Below, one piece after another: positions 52,640-63,097 of a stretch of 64,000 nucleotides of DNA. The DNA is taken from NCBI GenBank assembly GCA_000002445.1, contig CP000068.1:1152001-1216000 (forward strand), in the 5' to 3' direction. Every line of letters begins with the position of its first letter. Positions within the stretch are counted from its first letter, which is position 1. Below the pieces are notes generated by a model, which saw only the letters and a program-made list of their open reading frames with translations, was not told the DNA's origin and searched no databases. This DNA comes from Trypanosoma brucei (taxonomy: Eukaryota). A program made the translations under genes and the position numbers.

Positions 52640-54883
52640 TTGACCCCCTTCTGTGGCGTAGGTTTAATTGGGGTCCAACCGTGGGCGATGAGGCGCTGCG
52701 GGAATGATCGTGCGGTGGCACTGCTGAGAGCAACTACGGAGGCCATGCGTCTCGTGAGGCTAAAGTTAAGCCCAGATCGTACACGAAATGAAGAAATACA
52801 AGACAGACAGAATGCATTTGTGTGGTCAGACGAGCACATCTTCCGACCACACCAGCACTTCACTCACGACCCGTGCAGTTGGAGCCGATCATTGGAACAG
52901 AGTATGAAGAAACAGCGAAAATTATCGATGGTGGAACGGCTGCGTTCGTTGGAGCAGCGCCAATTGGAGGAAAAGCAGTCGGCAAGTGCTACTGCCGGTG
53001 GATCGAGTAAATGTGCCAATCATATGGATGGCGAAAAGGCGGAGGGACCTCGGTTTTATGGTGCTGTTGGGGATTCTGAGGACTTAAAAGAATATGTCGC
53101 GAACGAGGACTACTTTTATACAATGCAACAGGAGGAAAAACCAAATGACCCTCCTCTGCAGGAGCTTGTCGATGAAGTGCAAAGTCTCCACGTACTCTTA
53201 TCATCACCGAGATATGAGGACACTCCACTGGCAACGGTAGAGCGCCTACAGTGTGCGTACAGTGAAGCACTTCGATGCGTGTTTGACCGTGTGCGTAACG
53301 CCAGTGTGGGGAAAACGATGAGTTGCAACGCGCTACTTTTTTCTTGGAGTCTGCTGCTTCAAGGGCTGCCTGCGTTGCTAGAGTCACTTGCAGAAAAGCG
53401 AACTGAAGAGTGTCTGGTTAGGGCTTTGAGTACCGTGCACGAAGCCCTCAACATAGTTCTGCAAGAATTCAATCGAATTACACATTCTAAAGAGAGGGTT
53501 GAGTTGCTCCCACTTGAGGGGTGGATTGAGTCTCTCGATGTCGTCACCCATCCGCTCACCAACAAGGATTATACGAGTTTAAAAGGCAATATAAGATTAC
53601 CTGAGTCGTCATTCAAACCCCAGTGCAAACTCGACAGCGCCACGGTGGAGTTTGTCCACTCCCGCGCTATACAAGCGGCTGCAATAAGGATGATAGAAAA
53701 CGACCAGTCAGATGTGGAAACTGAACCACTGGACCCGTACCATCTCTATATTCTTCTACGGTGCATGGTGCGCCTGGCAGAGAAGGGGGTCAATGACTCC
53801 CATATTCATCGTGCTGCGCTGCTCACGGGAATGGTGGGTGAGAGGATTTTTTCTTCTCTTGAACGAACTGTAGCGCCCCCTCGTCGTTACTCGTTGCGCC
53901 ATGCGCTTCTGGGGAAGCAACTGCGCGACGCATCGAAACCCCACGCGATCCCACTTGATGTGTGTGCACCGCCAGGCGGAGTGAAAAAGCCGCCAACGGC
54001 TGCCGACGATGTGCTCCTCCTCACTCGCGCTTGCACGTTACTAATGAATGTTGCGACTAATGTGTTACCCCAAACTAAGTTTAAGGTGTTGGAAACAGTT
54101 GATACGGTGTTGAAGACATTGTCATATGCACCAAACTACGACCTTAGCACCGCTGATACTGTGATTTTTTCGAATATGGTGTTGGAAGAACTTCATCATG
54201 TGGACGAAGCGAGCGCAACAGATCGGCACCTCCGCGTTCTTCTGCTTCTATCGCGACTGCGGTTGTCGATGTGCGCAGACCGTAGTGCTCTGAGTCATTT
54301 GTTAAGTTGCCTATGCAACCTGTTGCCTCCTCACTCTATTCAGCAAGACAAGCTTCGGGAGTGGAAACGACTTCGTGGACTTGTCATGCGGCATTTACTT
54401 TATTCTGTACGGGGCGAGGAGGTCGAGCAACATTACACAAGAGTGCTCAAGTCATCTGAAACATGGGTAGAACATTTAGCGTTCGGGCAGTACAGTGGTG
54501 GCTTACCCCTATCCCTCTGGTTGGAAGCTTGTCACATATATTTAACAGCAGGGAGGAAGTTGACAGTTTCATGCGCTGAAGCTCTCATTACACTGCGTGG
54601 GCGCTGCAAAGATGGTGGTGTGCTTCGCAGTTCCAATTCTGCTGGTGTTTGTCCGCTGGATTTTGTTTCAGTGACCCTTTTAGCGCAACTACTCGAAGTT
54701 GTTTCGCATGGGTGCTGCTCCGCTGATGACCTCGTTGCCTCCCCGGTTGCATGGGATAAGGTGAGACAGACAATCCAAGGGGCAATTGGGGAGGATGAAA
54801 ATACAATACAGCTGTTGCGGGCTGGACGCCTTTGTGTGGCGGACAGGCAAGCTACAGGGAGTTTGGTTACGACGTATCCTTAA
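52640..54883 (+). CDS. Hypothetical protein (747 aa). The start is uncertain: the second Met at 52688 gives MRRCGNDRAV....
   Basis: A long ORF with complex composition in polycistron orientation. It appears helical and Leu-rich (possibly an ARM/HEAT-like solenoid). No motif recognised. Confidence 0.5.
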   Translation: MTPFCGVGLIGVQPWAMRRCGNDRAVALLRATTEAMRLVRLKLSPDRTRNEEIQDRQNAFVWSDEHIFRPHQHFTHDPCSWSRSLEQSMKKQRKLSMVERLRSLEQRQLEEKQSASATAGGSSKCANHMDGEKAEGPRFYGAVGDSEDLKEYVANEDYFYTMQQEEKPNDPPLQELVDEVQSLHVLLSSPRYEDTPLATVERLQCAYSEALRCVFDRVRNASVGKTMSCNALLFSWSLLLQGLPALLESLAEKRTEECLVRALSTVHEALNIVLQEFNRITHSKERVELLPLEGWIESLDVVTHPLTNKDYTSLKGNIRLPESSFKPQCKLDSATVEFVHSRAIQAAAIRMIENDQSDVETEPLDPYHLYILLRCMVRLAEKGVNDSHIHRAALLTGMVGERIFSSLERTVAPPRRYSLRHALLGKQLRDASKPHAIPLDVCAPPGGVKKPPTAADDVLLLTRACTLLMNVATNVLPQTKFKVLETVDTVLKTLSYAPNYDLSTADTVIFSNMVLEELHHVDEASATDRHLRVLLLLSRLRLSMCADRSALSHLLSCLCNLLPPHSIQQDKLREWKRLRGLVMRHLLYSVRGEEVEQHYTRVLKSSETWVEHLAFGQYSGGLPLSLWLEACHIYLTAGRKLTVSCAEALITLRGRCKDGGVLRSSNSAGVCPLDFVSVTLLAQLLEVVSHGCCSADDLVASPVAWDKVRQTIQGAIGEDENTIQLLRAGRLCVADRQATGSLVTTYP

Positions 54884-55001
54884 ACTATCAGGGGATTGCA
54901 ACTCGCTTTCGAACTCTCCCATCGCACAACCAGTGAATGCCTCCTGACACTACCGTGAAAAAAAATCATGCACATTTTTGTTGAACACGTGATGACAACT
55001 T

Positions 55002-55002
<1 letters not shown>

Positions 55003-55044
<42 letters not shown>
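55003..55044. repeat. (GT)21 microsatellite.
   Basis: Twenty-one perfect GT units. Confidence 0.95.
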
Positions 55045-55046
<2 letters not shown>

Positions 55047-55256
55047 CGTGCATCTTTGCTGTATAAACATTTTGAAATATTTTTTGGTATCGTTGGTTTC
55101 CCCCATTTTTGTTCCTTTTTCGAATTTCTTTATCTCCATATCCACTCAGGGAGTGTGTGCAACGGCATTCTTTTTGATATCTTGTTGCGCACAGCGACGT
55201 TATCGAAAAAATGGGTGAACGAAACTTGGCTATTTTCCTTTAAAAAACGAGTGGGT

Positions 55257-55275
55257 ACACACACACACACACACA
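55257..55275. repeat. (CA)9-10 microsatellite, complementary to the (GT)21 that lies 210 nt upstream on the same strand.
   Basis: acacacacacacacacaca. Confidence 0.9.
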
Positions 55276-55378
55276 AAGAGAACTCATACATATTTCAAAA
55301 GTGTTAAAACATCGATCAATTAACCTGTTTCCCCTTTCTCGTTCTGGAACTTTACCATAGGGCACTGTTGTTTTCCGT

Positions 55379-57601
55379 ATGGTCGGCAGCGCATCGCGGT
55401 CGTGCGGTACGGACATGGTGAACGATGCGGAAATGTATGGTGGTAGCGAGAACCAACCCCAAAACAGTTCTAATGCGGTAACTGATTCCACGCCTAAGTT
55501 GTCCCGGTGGCCTGATGGTACGACGTTTGAGGGGCCACTTGTTGATGGTGTGCCTGAGGGTCACGGGACCTGCGTGTATAAGTCCGGCTGCGTGTGTGTG
55601 GGAAGTTTTAGTCGCGGTTGCGTCGAGGGGCCGGCGGAGGCGCTACTGCCGTGTGGTGCGTTCTTCGTTGGTAACTTCTGCCGCTCTGCTGCGCACGGTC
55701 ATGGTGTTTTGCTTCAAAATGGGAGATTGGTACGTGGGGAGTGGCGCGACGGGGTGTTGGTTCGCCGAACGTTGGAAAATGTTAATGACGCGCGGGATGT
55801 TCAGTTTTATACGCGTGTCATCGCAAAGCTGTGTCACCGTGTTGAGGAACTCAATGGTACGATCGAACGAGACTCTTCTTCAGTATTTCAGCAAACAAGC
55901 AATAGCGGCCTGTGTATCAGAGAGCCAATTGTGCTTTTGAGGGATGAGCAGCAGCAGGAGAGGGACGCAGTCCAAACAAGGCGATGGGCAAGGGTTGCCA
56001 CTCAGAGCCCTCCCTACATGAGGAATGAGCCCCATGGTGCAGGGATGCCACCCCTCGCGCGGGAGCCGGACATCTCGCCTCGCTTCGATCGCGGTAGTTT
56101 TTCGTCTTTAAACACACATAGACGGCAACCGACAGCTTTAGACTTAAATCAACTGACGTCCTTCGCGAGATCTGTGCTCGCTTCTGGGGCTTCGCAACAG
56201 GCAATATTCGCATCGGCGGCGCCTGCAGCAAATGAGTTCTTTTCGCCAACTAGATACTTGCAGTGCTTCTTCATAATGCTTTTTCCATTTATATCACTGC
56301 CCCAGTTCTCCTTCTCGCCCATCCGCCGCGTCATGTTGAAGATGGAGAGGGAATTTGTTGTGAGTGGTGCGTTTCTCTTCCGGTCGTTTAACGTACCCAT
56401 TTACACCCTTACCTTCAGCACAATAGCTACCTGCTGCCTCATCGCCACAGTTGTAATAGTTTCCCTAAAAGTGGAGCTTGGACCGGTGACTGAGGGGAAG
56501 GTTACTCTGGAGGAGTTGTTTATTCCGTGCATTCTTTGGGTGGCTCAGTCAGCTCTTTACGCCGCCTATAATAGTTACGTGCGTGTGGCTCATGCGTTAG
56601 AAAGGTTGGACCGCCGTTTGACCCCTCAGTTGTACGCGTGTGCCGCGGGGATTGTAAATACGAAAGCGAAGGTGTGCATTTTTACGTGGGATGATGAAGG
56701 ACGTCGTGTAGTGACCAACGTACACTATCGGTACCGATGGTTAGGAGAATCTCTGTTCGTTGGTATTCTGTTTAGCTTAGCTGGGCCCCTAACTCGGGTA
56801 AGTTACAAACAACCTATGTTTGGATATACAAAGTACGAAGTGTCTGCGCTGGTTCTTATTTCAGCATCTGTCTTGGTGTTTGCAGCTATGGTAACGTTCA
56901 ACGCCCTCAAGTTGACTGACATGCAACGTCAGATCAAGGAACAGATGCGTGCGTTAACACACTTAGCGTACGTTGAAGGGAAGAGTGTGATGCACCCCAG
57001 TGAGCATCTGCTGCAACGATTTAACCTTGATGAACCCTTCAATGTAAGCGATATTTTCAATGGGGTTTCCGGTTGGTATGTGATACGATCCGTTGTCGTG
57101 TACGCGGCATCGTGCTCAAACCATGCGGCACGTGGCCTTGCCATGAGCGTGTTCTTTATGCTTGTAAACTCATGCTTTCTAGTGACCGCGTTGGATATGA
57201 TTTGCATGCTTTCCTTCCATTACAATGATCTGGGGAAGCGTTTTTCATGCATGCATGCGTATGGAGTGGTGACGTGCTCAGTATGGGGTATACTGCTCCT
57301 CCGCTACCTCTACAAGTGCGTCGAGACAGTTTGTGAGAGCGAGAGGCATCTTTACCTTCTTGATGTTGCCTCCCTATATCATCGTACGAGGTACAACAAT
57401 GCCGAGGGATGTGCTGATATAATCACAACCTGCCGAAAAATGGTGAAGGCATATGAGCAACTGCCTTGCGTTTTCTTGTTCCCCATTACACCGTTCATCA
57501 TCACGATTGTGGTCATTCTCTACATAGTAGCGTTGTTAATTGCTACGATACATGTGTACTTCGCGGCTGTAGCGCGATTTGCGGATACGGGAGGGAGATG
57601 A
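55379..57601 (+). CDS. Polytopic membrane protein: an N-terminal soluble region with MORN-like repeats followed by ~8-9 TM helices.
   Basis: MORN-like units 'WPDGTTFEGPLVDGVPEGHGTCVYKSGCVCVGSFSRGCVEGPAE...GAFFVGNFCRSAAHGHGVLLQNGRLVRGEWRDGVL'. Downstream TM segments include 'FFIMLFPFISLPQF', 'IATCCLIATVVIVSL', 'LFVGILFSLAGPL', 'ALVLISASVLVFAAMVTF', 'AMSVFFMLVNSCFLVTALDMICMLSF' and 'FLFPITPFIITIVVILYIVALLIATIHVYFAA'. Confidence 0.55.
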   Translation: MVGSASRSCGTDMVNDAEMYGGSENQPQNSSNAVTDSTPKLSRWPDGTTFEGPLVDGVPEGHGTCVYKSGCVCVGSFSRGCVEGPAEALLPCGAFFVGNFCRSAAHGHGVLLQNGRLVRGEWRDGVLVRRTLENVNDARDVQFYTRVIAKLCHRVEELNGTIERDSSSVFQQTSNSGLCIREPIVLLRDEQQQERDAVQTRRWARVATQSPPYMRNEPHGAGMPPLAREPDISPRFDRGSFSSLNTHRRQPTALDLNQLTSFARSVLASGASQQAIFASAAPAANEFFSPTRYLQCFFIMLFPFISLPQFSFSPIRRVMLKMEREFVVSGAFLFRSFNVPIYTLTFSTIATCCLIATVVIVSLKVELGPVTEGKVTLEELFIPCILWVAQSALYAAYNSYVRVAHALERLDRRLTPQLYACAAGIVNTKAKVCIFTWDDEGRRVVTNVHYRYRWLGESLFVGILFSLAGPLTRVSYKQPMFGYTKYEVSALVLISASVLVFAAMVTFNALKLTDMQRQIKEQMRALTHLAYVEGKSVMHPSEHLLQRFNLDEPFNVSDIFNGVSGWYVIRSVVVYAASCSNHAARGLAMSVFFMLVNSCFLVTALDMICMLSFHYNDLGKRFSCMHAYGVVTCSVWGILLLRYLYKCVETVCESERHLYLLDVASLYHRTRYNNAEGCADIITTCRKMVKAYEQLPCVFLFPITPFIITIVVILYIVALLIATIHVYFAAVARFADTGGR

Positions 57602-58176
57602 GAGTTCACTCCACCTGCATCTTCCGTCTCTTCTCACCGGGTGTTGACGAAAAGAACTGGAGGTAGATGGAGGGATACATGAGGATTTTTTCGAAATGTT
57701 TCAATTATCCTCACGGCACTGGGTTGCAATGTGTAGTGTACAGGTGATTATATGCGAACTCACGCATTCGTGAGGAAAGTTTTAGATGACAAACCAGCAC
57801 CTTGGCGAATGTACGCGTTAAACTACTTCGACTCGTGGCGTTCTTGCCTTTTCATCTCCCCCTGTTGCTCAAACGTGATTTGAAAACTATTAACTTTATA
57901 TTACAGTGCCTCGCTACAAATCTTGTTCCCTTTGTCGCCGGTTCAACACGGTGTGGCACACGAAGAAGAAATGACTTGTGTTTCGTTCACGGATGCGGCT
58001 GCAACATCTTTGCTGCTGTGCGTGGCTGCTGCGATTGTAATTGTACGGTCTCGTTCCTCTTTGGTTTTCCCATTGTTTAAATTATGTGTCACGTATGTTA
58101 ATAAGCCGGAAAGACACAAATACAAACGAGCAGAAACGCGCACTAGCTGTTCCTTCGATTTGCTGAGTCCCAAACG

Positions 58177-59091
58177 ATGATGACTGGGGGAGTCGTGGAA
58201 ACTCTATGCGTAACGGGTCGTACCTTCTCACCTCAGGTGGCGGCGACTCTCTGGACGCACGGCATGGCACGGCGGCACTCGTCAAATGTGTGGGTGCCGG
58301 CGGAAATTATTGACCGACTTGGTTTGAAATTGTCAGGGACGAACCCTCCGGCTCCGGTCGGTGTCGATGCCGCGAATGGCCGGCGATTTTTTTACAATGC
58401 ATCGCAGTTGGAGTGCTCACAGGAGGAGTTGGTAGCGATGACTAAAAGTTTGCTGGAGGCCCGGCGTGGCATTGCGGAGGCCATTAATGGAGATACGCAT
58501 CCGCTTAACACAAATGGTGAACCCTTCCCACTGGAGTTCGCTCAGCAGGCACGACTGCGAACGAAAACATATGAGACAGCAGTGCAAAGTCGTTTTTGGG
58601 CGACAGAGTATGAGGCGGCTTACATCTTTCGTAGCCCGTTCAAACCATCGTTCTTAACGCCCGAGAACGCAGTCACGGTTCGTGGTGGTGCGGTGTACCC
58701 CCGGCTTTGTTACTATAACGTTTGTGGCACACGTGATCCTAGCATCTTCAGTCATGAAACTTGTCGACGCTACCGCCCAGTTAATTACTATGGTCAACCG
58801 TATCCTGCAGCAACTTCCGTACAGATGAAAGCACTCTCCATTCAATATGGTTGCATGAATGACACACTGTGGGTATCGACCAGGCGTGCAGAGCGCGTAG
58901 GCGTTAAACTTCGCAGCGGTGTGAAACCATTGCTGTTTTGTGTAGAGGATATGACTTCCCTCGTAAATGTTGCGATGACGGAGGATCCGGATCGTTTGAA
59001 GAGGGACATCCTTTCATTCACACAGCACGGCGCAGTGAGTGGGGTTGCGTCGGCATTCACTCCAAAGAGTTTCTCACTACTCGCCTCGTAG
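58177..59091 (+). CDS. Hypothetical protein (304 aa).
   Basis: An ORF with protein-like, non-repetitive composition in polycistron orientation. No family recognised. Confidence 0.45.
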   Translation: MMTGGVVETLCVTGRTFSPQVAATLWTHGMARRHSSNVWVPAEIIDRLGLKLSGTNPPAPVGVDAANGRRFFYNASQLECSQEELVAMTKSLLEARRGIAEAINGDTHPLNTNGEPFPLEFAQQARLRTKTYETAVQSRFWATEYEAAYIFRSPFKPSFLTPENAVTVRGGAVYPRLCYYNVCGTRDPSIFSHETCRRYRPVNYYGQPYPAATSVQMKALSIQYGCMNDTLWVSTRRAERVGVKLRSGVKPLLFCVEDMTSLVNVAMTEDPDRLKRDILSFTQHGAVSGVASAFTPKSFSLLAS

Positions 59092-59640
59092 GAGAAACCA
59101 AGTGCTTCAATCACCCCTTTAAGTATTGAAATTTTTAACATATCGCCTTTTGTGCTTATTTTATCGACTTTTTTGTTTTTTTTTTGGGGGGGGGTGCAGA
59201 AATATTCAGTTGGTTACTTCGTTTTTTGTCATAACGTACCAGAGTGTCTGGGACTGCTTTTGCTCGTCTTTTTTTTTTGCTACCTTACTCGTTCAGTGGC
59301 ACATGGCTCTACTTCATAGTTGTTCAAGTACGTTCTCATGAGTTTCACATATAATAGCCCTTTCCCCACCGTTGGTGGTGTTCTTTATAATGTGTGTATT
59401 CGTGTGTGTCACCATAAAATGTGCTCCATTGTCACCACTTTTTTAAAAAAACAAAGAAATAATTAATGTTTCCCCTCCTCTTCTTTGATTTCATTTTTTT
59501 TCTTTTTCTTTATTCGCTGCTTCACGCCATTTTCACTGCCACACCATTATTTTAGTGCCGGAGCGGAGGTACTGACACGTCCTGCAAGCAAAAGTGTTTT
59601 TTGAACACATTGCATTTACAGTAACGAAACCGGTACCAAA

Positions 59641-59931
59641 ATGCAAAGCAGTTGTATGCGCCGTTGCTTGAGTGCGCTGCAGCTTTACGTACTGGAGCAG
59701 AGAAAGACGGTCATGTCATATAAATATGTTGAAGACGCTGTAGGTGTTAAGGCTGCATTTAACCGTCTGAGCGCTGAGGATGTTGCGTTACTGGAGAATA
59801 AAGCGGAGGCTCTCCGCCATGACATTGCACTTCAATCTATTCTGTACAGCAATACACCACCCACAGAGGACGAGATGAATTATATCGAGAATGAAAACGA
59901 TGAAGATTCTGATGAAGTTGTGACATTTTGA
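59641..59931 (+). CDS. Small hypothetical protein with an acidic C-terminus (NENDEDSDEVVTF). Possible alternative start at 59713 (MSYKYV...).
   Basis: A 96-codon ORF between two well-supported genes and in the same orientation. Composition is non-repetitive. Weak call. Confidence 0.3.
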   Translation: MQSSCMRRCLSALQLYVLEQRKTVMSYKYVEDAVGVKAAFNRLSAEDVALLENKAEALRHDIALQSILYSNTPPTEDEMNYIENENDEDSDEVVTF

Positions 59932-60459
59932 TACCCCACGGAAATCGAGATTATGGCAACAATGGTGCAGGAAGAACACCGATGCGTATTGGCTTCAGCG
60001 CAACAGAATATGTTGTGTGGGTGGGGAAGGAGGGAAGGGAGGGGGGGGGGTCAACCCATTTTAAAAAATATATATGCGGTTTGGTGGTGAAGGCTCGTTG
60101 ATAGCACGGTGAGTATTTATACTTCGCTAGTAATTTCTTACCGTGTGTTGCCGGTGGTGCCACTGCCATCAGTTTGTACAATTAAATGTTCTTTACCAGG
60201 GACCCCGCCACTCTGTCGAGCGCCCCATTGCCCTCGTATTTTTTTTTTTGTAAGCTTTAGATTCATTATTCTCCCCTCGCATACTCCGCTATTCATTTTT
60301 TATTGACTTTGTTTCTTACGGTAAGGAGAAGTCGGTTTTCATCGAAGGCGTCTCCGCACATCTCAGGGTAAAGAGACGCACTACAGAAGGGGGAAAATAA
60401 TAATAAAGGAAAGCGGAACAATTTTTTGGGGGGGGCTGTAGTTTCAAATATTTTTTTCC

Positions 60460-62694
60460 ATGGGCAAGGGTCGCGACAAGCGAAAGAAGCACGAGGATCC
60501 CTCAAAGGCTGCACGACGAGCATGCAAACAAGCACTTAAGTTGGCAAAAGGACGAGGGGTCCGTACCAATGATGCGGGTGGCGATGGTGAAGGAGGCTTC
60601 AACAATGAGGAAGCCCCAGAGGTGACGCTGAACCGCATCCGAAAAGTTGAGAGTAAAACCCGCACAACACTTGAGCAAGAAAATGTGCCACCACCAACAC
60701 CACGCGCTAACGTTGTTTTTGCGCCGCATCCAGCTCGAGATCAGGAGCTACTTATATTTGGAGGGGAGTATTGGGACGGCGTGAGCACGGTGGTGTATAA
60801 TGACTTGTATTTTTATCATACGAAGCGGAATACGTGGGCCAAGTTAGTAACGGCCGTAAATCCACCACCGCGTAGCAGCAGCCAAGGATTAGTGTACAAA
60901 CACTACTTTCTTATTTGTGGTGGTGAGTTTGTGTCGCAGTCGCAGTCACAGTTCCTTCACTTCAAGGATGTGTGGCGCTTCGATGCCCGGAAGTACGAGT
61001 GGGAGGAACTAAAAACTTTGAGGGGTGGCCCATCATCTCGAAGTGGCCATCGGATGTGCATGTGGCGCCGTAACGCCGTACTCTTTGGGGGGTTCTACGA
61101 TAACGCACAGGAGTGTCACTATTATAATGATTTGTGGGTGCTTTCACATCTTGACGGCGCAGGGAAATGGACGGCAGTCAAGACGGCTCCACATGGCGAA
61201 TCCCCTCACGCACGCAGTGGTCACTGCATGGCTGTGCATGACGACACTTTATTTGTGTATGGTGGATATTCCACAGAAAAGTTTAACCGCTTCAAGAAGT
61301 CGGAGGCAACGGTACACCACGACCTTTGGACGATTAAGCTGCCGAAAGATATGTTTGACGGTGGTAACAGCAAACCAGCTGACCAGGACGGTGAGAATTT
61401 TGTTTTTTGGACAAAAGTGAGGCTTGGAGGCATTCCACCACCAATCTGCTGCGGTGTTAGCTGTGCCTTCAAGGACAAAAAGATGTATCTTTTTGGAGGC
61501 GTGGTGGATGTGGAGTCGCCTGGAGGGAAGATGATTTCGAGTTTCAACAACGATTTATTCATCTTTCATATGGATACTAATCGGTTCTATCCTGTTGTGT
61601 TGCGTGCAAAGCAAGGAGGGTTGGTAGGAGGCACCGGAAAAGTATCCGGCGGACAGGGCATGAGTCTTGAAGAGGAACTAAAGGCCTTGCAGCTGCAGCA
61701 TCTTGCGAGTGAGGGCTCTACCGCTGGGGCTGGTGGTGACGGCGACGGCGAATCTAGTAGCGAAGATGACAACGATGATGATGATGATGATGCAGAAAAT
61801 GGAACCGGACACGACACAGTTGATGCCCGCAAACTTAAGGAGAGTTTTGAAGTGAACAAACGAGGCCAAGTTTATCCCCATCGACGCATGGATGCTGCCA
61901 TGCTCGTTGTGGGCAATACATTGTACATCTTCGGTGGTCAGTTTGAATGTGGTGCACGTGAAGTTACCATGTGTGATTTGTTCTCCCTCAACCTCAATAC
62001 ATGTGACACGTTCCGTGTGTTGCTTTCACAGGACCTTTCGAGCGCTGTTTGGCTTGGGAAGGATGATGAGGCAAGTGACGCCGGCTCCTGGGAGAGTGGT
62101 AGTACTGCCGTTACCGCGGTTTTTGACCTTGACTACGGTTACGAAGAGGATGAAGACGAAGGCGAAGGCGAAAGCGGTACGTTGGACGACCGTCAAGTGG
62201 TGAATCAGGTTGATGATGGTGATGAGGCACCTGAAGCTATCCCTGCTGAGCTTGACACTAATGCGACACCAGCACTTGATGAAGTAGATGGTATCACGAT
62301 AGTGAAGGGGAAGAAGGGACTTAAAGTTCACAAGGAACAACTCGTGGCTCAGCTGAGTGCGAGCTGTGGCGTGCCCACACCGCTGATGAATGAAAGTGCG
62401 GCTGAGTTCCTCACACGTACATCCGCATTTTGGACGACAATGGCGGAGGAGTCGTTTAAGGACGCGGGGAACACGAAGCCTCAGTCCGAGCGGAGAATAC
62501 AAAAGGAAGCCGGGAGGTTCGCCAATCGACGTTACCGTGAGGCGAAGAAACTTCTTGAGCAACTTCGTCTCGTCGAAGAGCGTGAGGAGGAGGAAGCACG
62601 CTTCTTTCGAGAATTGCGCCGACAGAAAGAAAAGGAATGGGAGGAATACGAACAGCAGTTGGCTGAAAAAGGTGAAGGAGATGAAAATAGTTGA
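60460..62694 (+). CDS. KLHDC4: Kelch-repeat beta-propeller protein, KLHDC4-like, with a basic N-terminus and an acidic/basic C-terminal tail.
   Basis: The N-terminus 'MGKGRDKRKKHED...' followed by 'PPPTPRANVVFAPHPARDQELLIFGGEYWDGVSTVVYNDLYFYHTKRNTWAKL' and 'GGPSSRSGHRMCMWRRNAVLFGGFYDNAQECHYYNDLWVL' matches human KLHDC4 as I recall it ('[33 protein letters not shown]', '[39 protein letters not shown]'). Multiple kelch blades are present. Acidic insert 'SSSEDDNDDDDDDAENG'. Confidence 0.8.
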   Translation: MGKGRDKRKKHEDPSKAARRACKQALKLAKGRGVRTNDAGGDGEGGFNNEEAPEVTLNRIRKVESKTRTTLEQENVPPPTPRANVVFAPHPARDQELLIFGGEYWDGVSTVVYNDLYFYHTKRNTWAKLVTAVNPPPRSSSQGLVYKHYFLICGGEFVSQSQSQFLHFKDVWRFDARKYEWEELKTLRGGPSSRSGHRMCMWRRNAVLFGGFYDNAQECHYYNDLWVLSHLDGAGKWTAVKTAPHGESPHARSGHCMAVHDDTLFVYGGYSTEKFNRFKKSEATVHHDLWTIKLPKDMFDGGNSKPADQDGENFVFWTKVRLGGIPPPICCGVSCAFKDKKMYLFGGVVDVESPGGKMISSFNNDLFIFHMDTNRFYPVVLRAKQGGLVGGTGKVSGGQGMSLEEELKALQLQHLASEGSTAGAGGDGDGESSSEDDNDDDDDDAENGTGHDTVDARKLKESFEVNKRGQVYPHRRMDAAMLVVGNTLYIFGGQFECGAREVTMCDLFSLNLNTCDTFRVLLSQDLSSAVWLGKDDEASDAGSWESGSTAVTAVFDLDYGYEEDEDEGEGESGTLDDRQVVNQVDDGDEAPEAIPAELDTNATPALDEVDGITIVKGKKGLKVHKEQLVAQLSASCGVPTPLMNESAAEFLTRTSAFWTTMAEESFKDAGNTKPQSERRIQKEAGRFANRRYREAKKLLEQLRLVEEREEEEARFFRELRRQKEKEWEEYEQQLAEKGEGDENS

Positions 62695-63097
62695 CGTTTC
62701 AACCACGATTGAGGAGAATAACGTTCTGTATGTGGGATTGGGGTTGTGTTACCATGCAACGGAGCTGTCTGGGGTCTCGGACATCAACTTAACGAGTGCT
62801 GCGTGACCTTTGCTCACGCATGAATAGGGAGTGTAGGGACCCGTTCTTTCTTCTAAGGGAGTTGAAGAGAACAAAATTAAGCGGTGGAAAGGGGCAATTT
62901 TCCTGGTTGCATTGTAATATTGGCATGCGCGTTTTGTGCCTTCACCATTGTGGAGAAGAGTGCTCTAACAATTGCTTTCCTGTGAAGTCGTATACATTTG
63001 GTGGATGATGCGATGAAGTCCATGTGATTACTCCCTTGTTTTCATTTTTATATCCCCGTTTGAAGTTATGAAATAGGTCCGGCGTGTTGGTACAATA

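Noticed and set aside
62026-62706. 226-codon minus-strand ORF antisense to the 3' end of the KLHDC4-like gene.
   Set aside because: It is antisense to a strongly supported + strand CDS. Its composition (F/L-rich, repetitive) is typical of reverse-frame artefacts.
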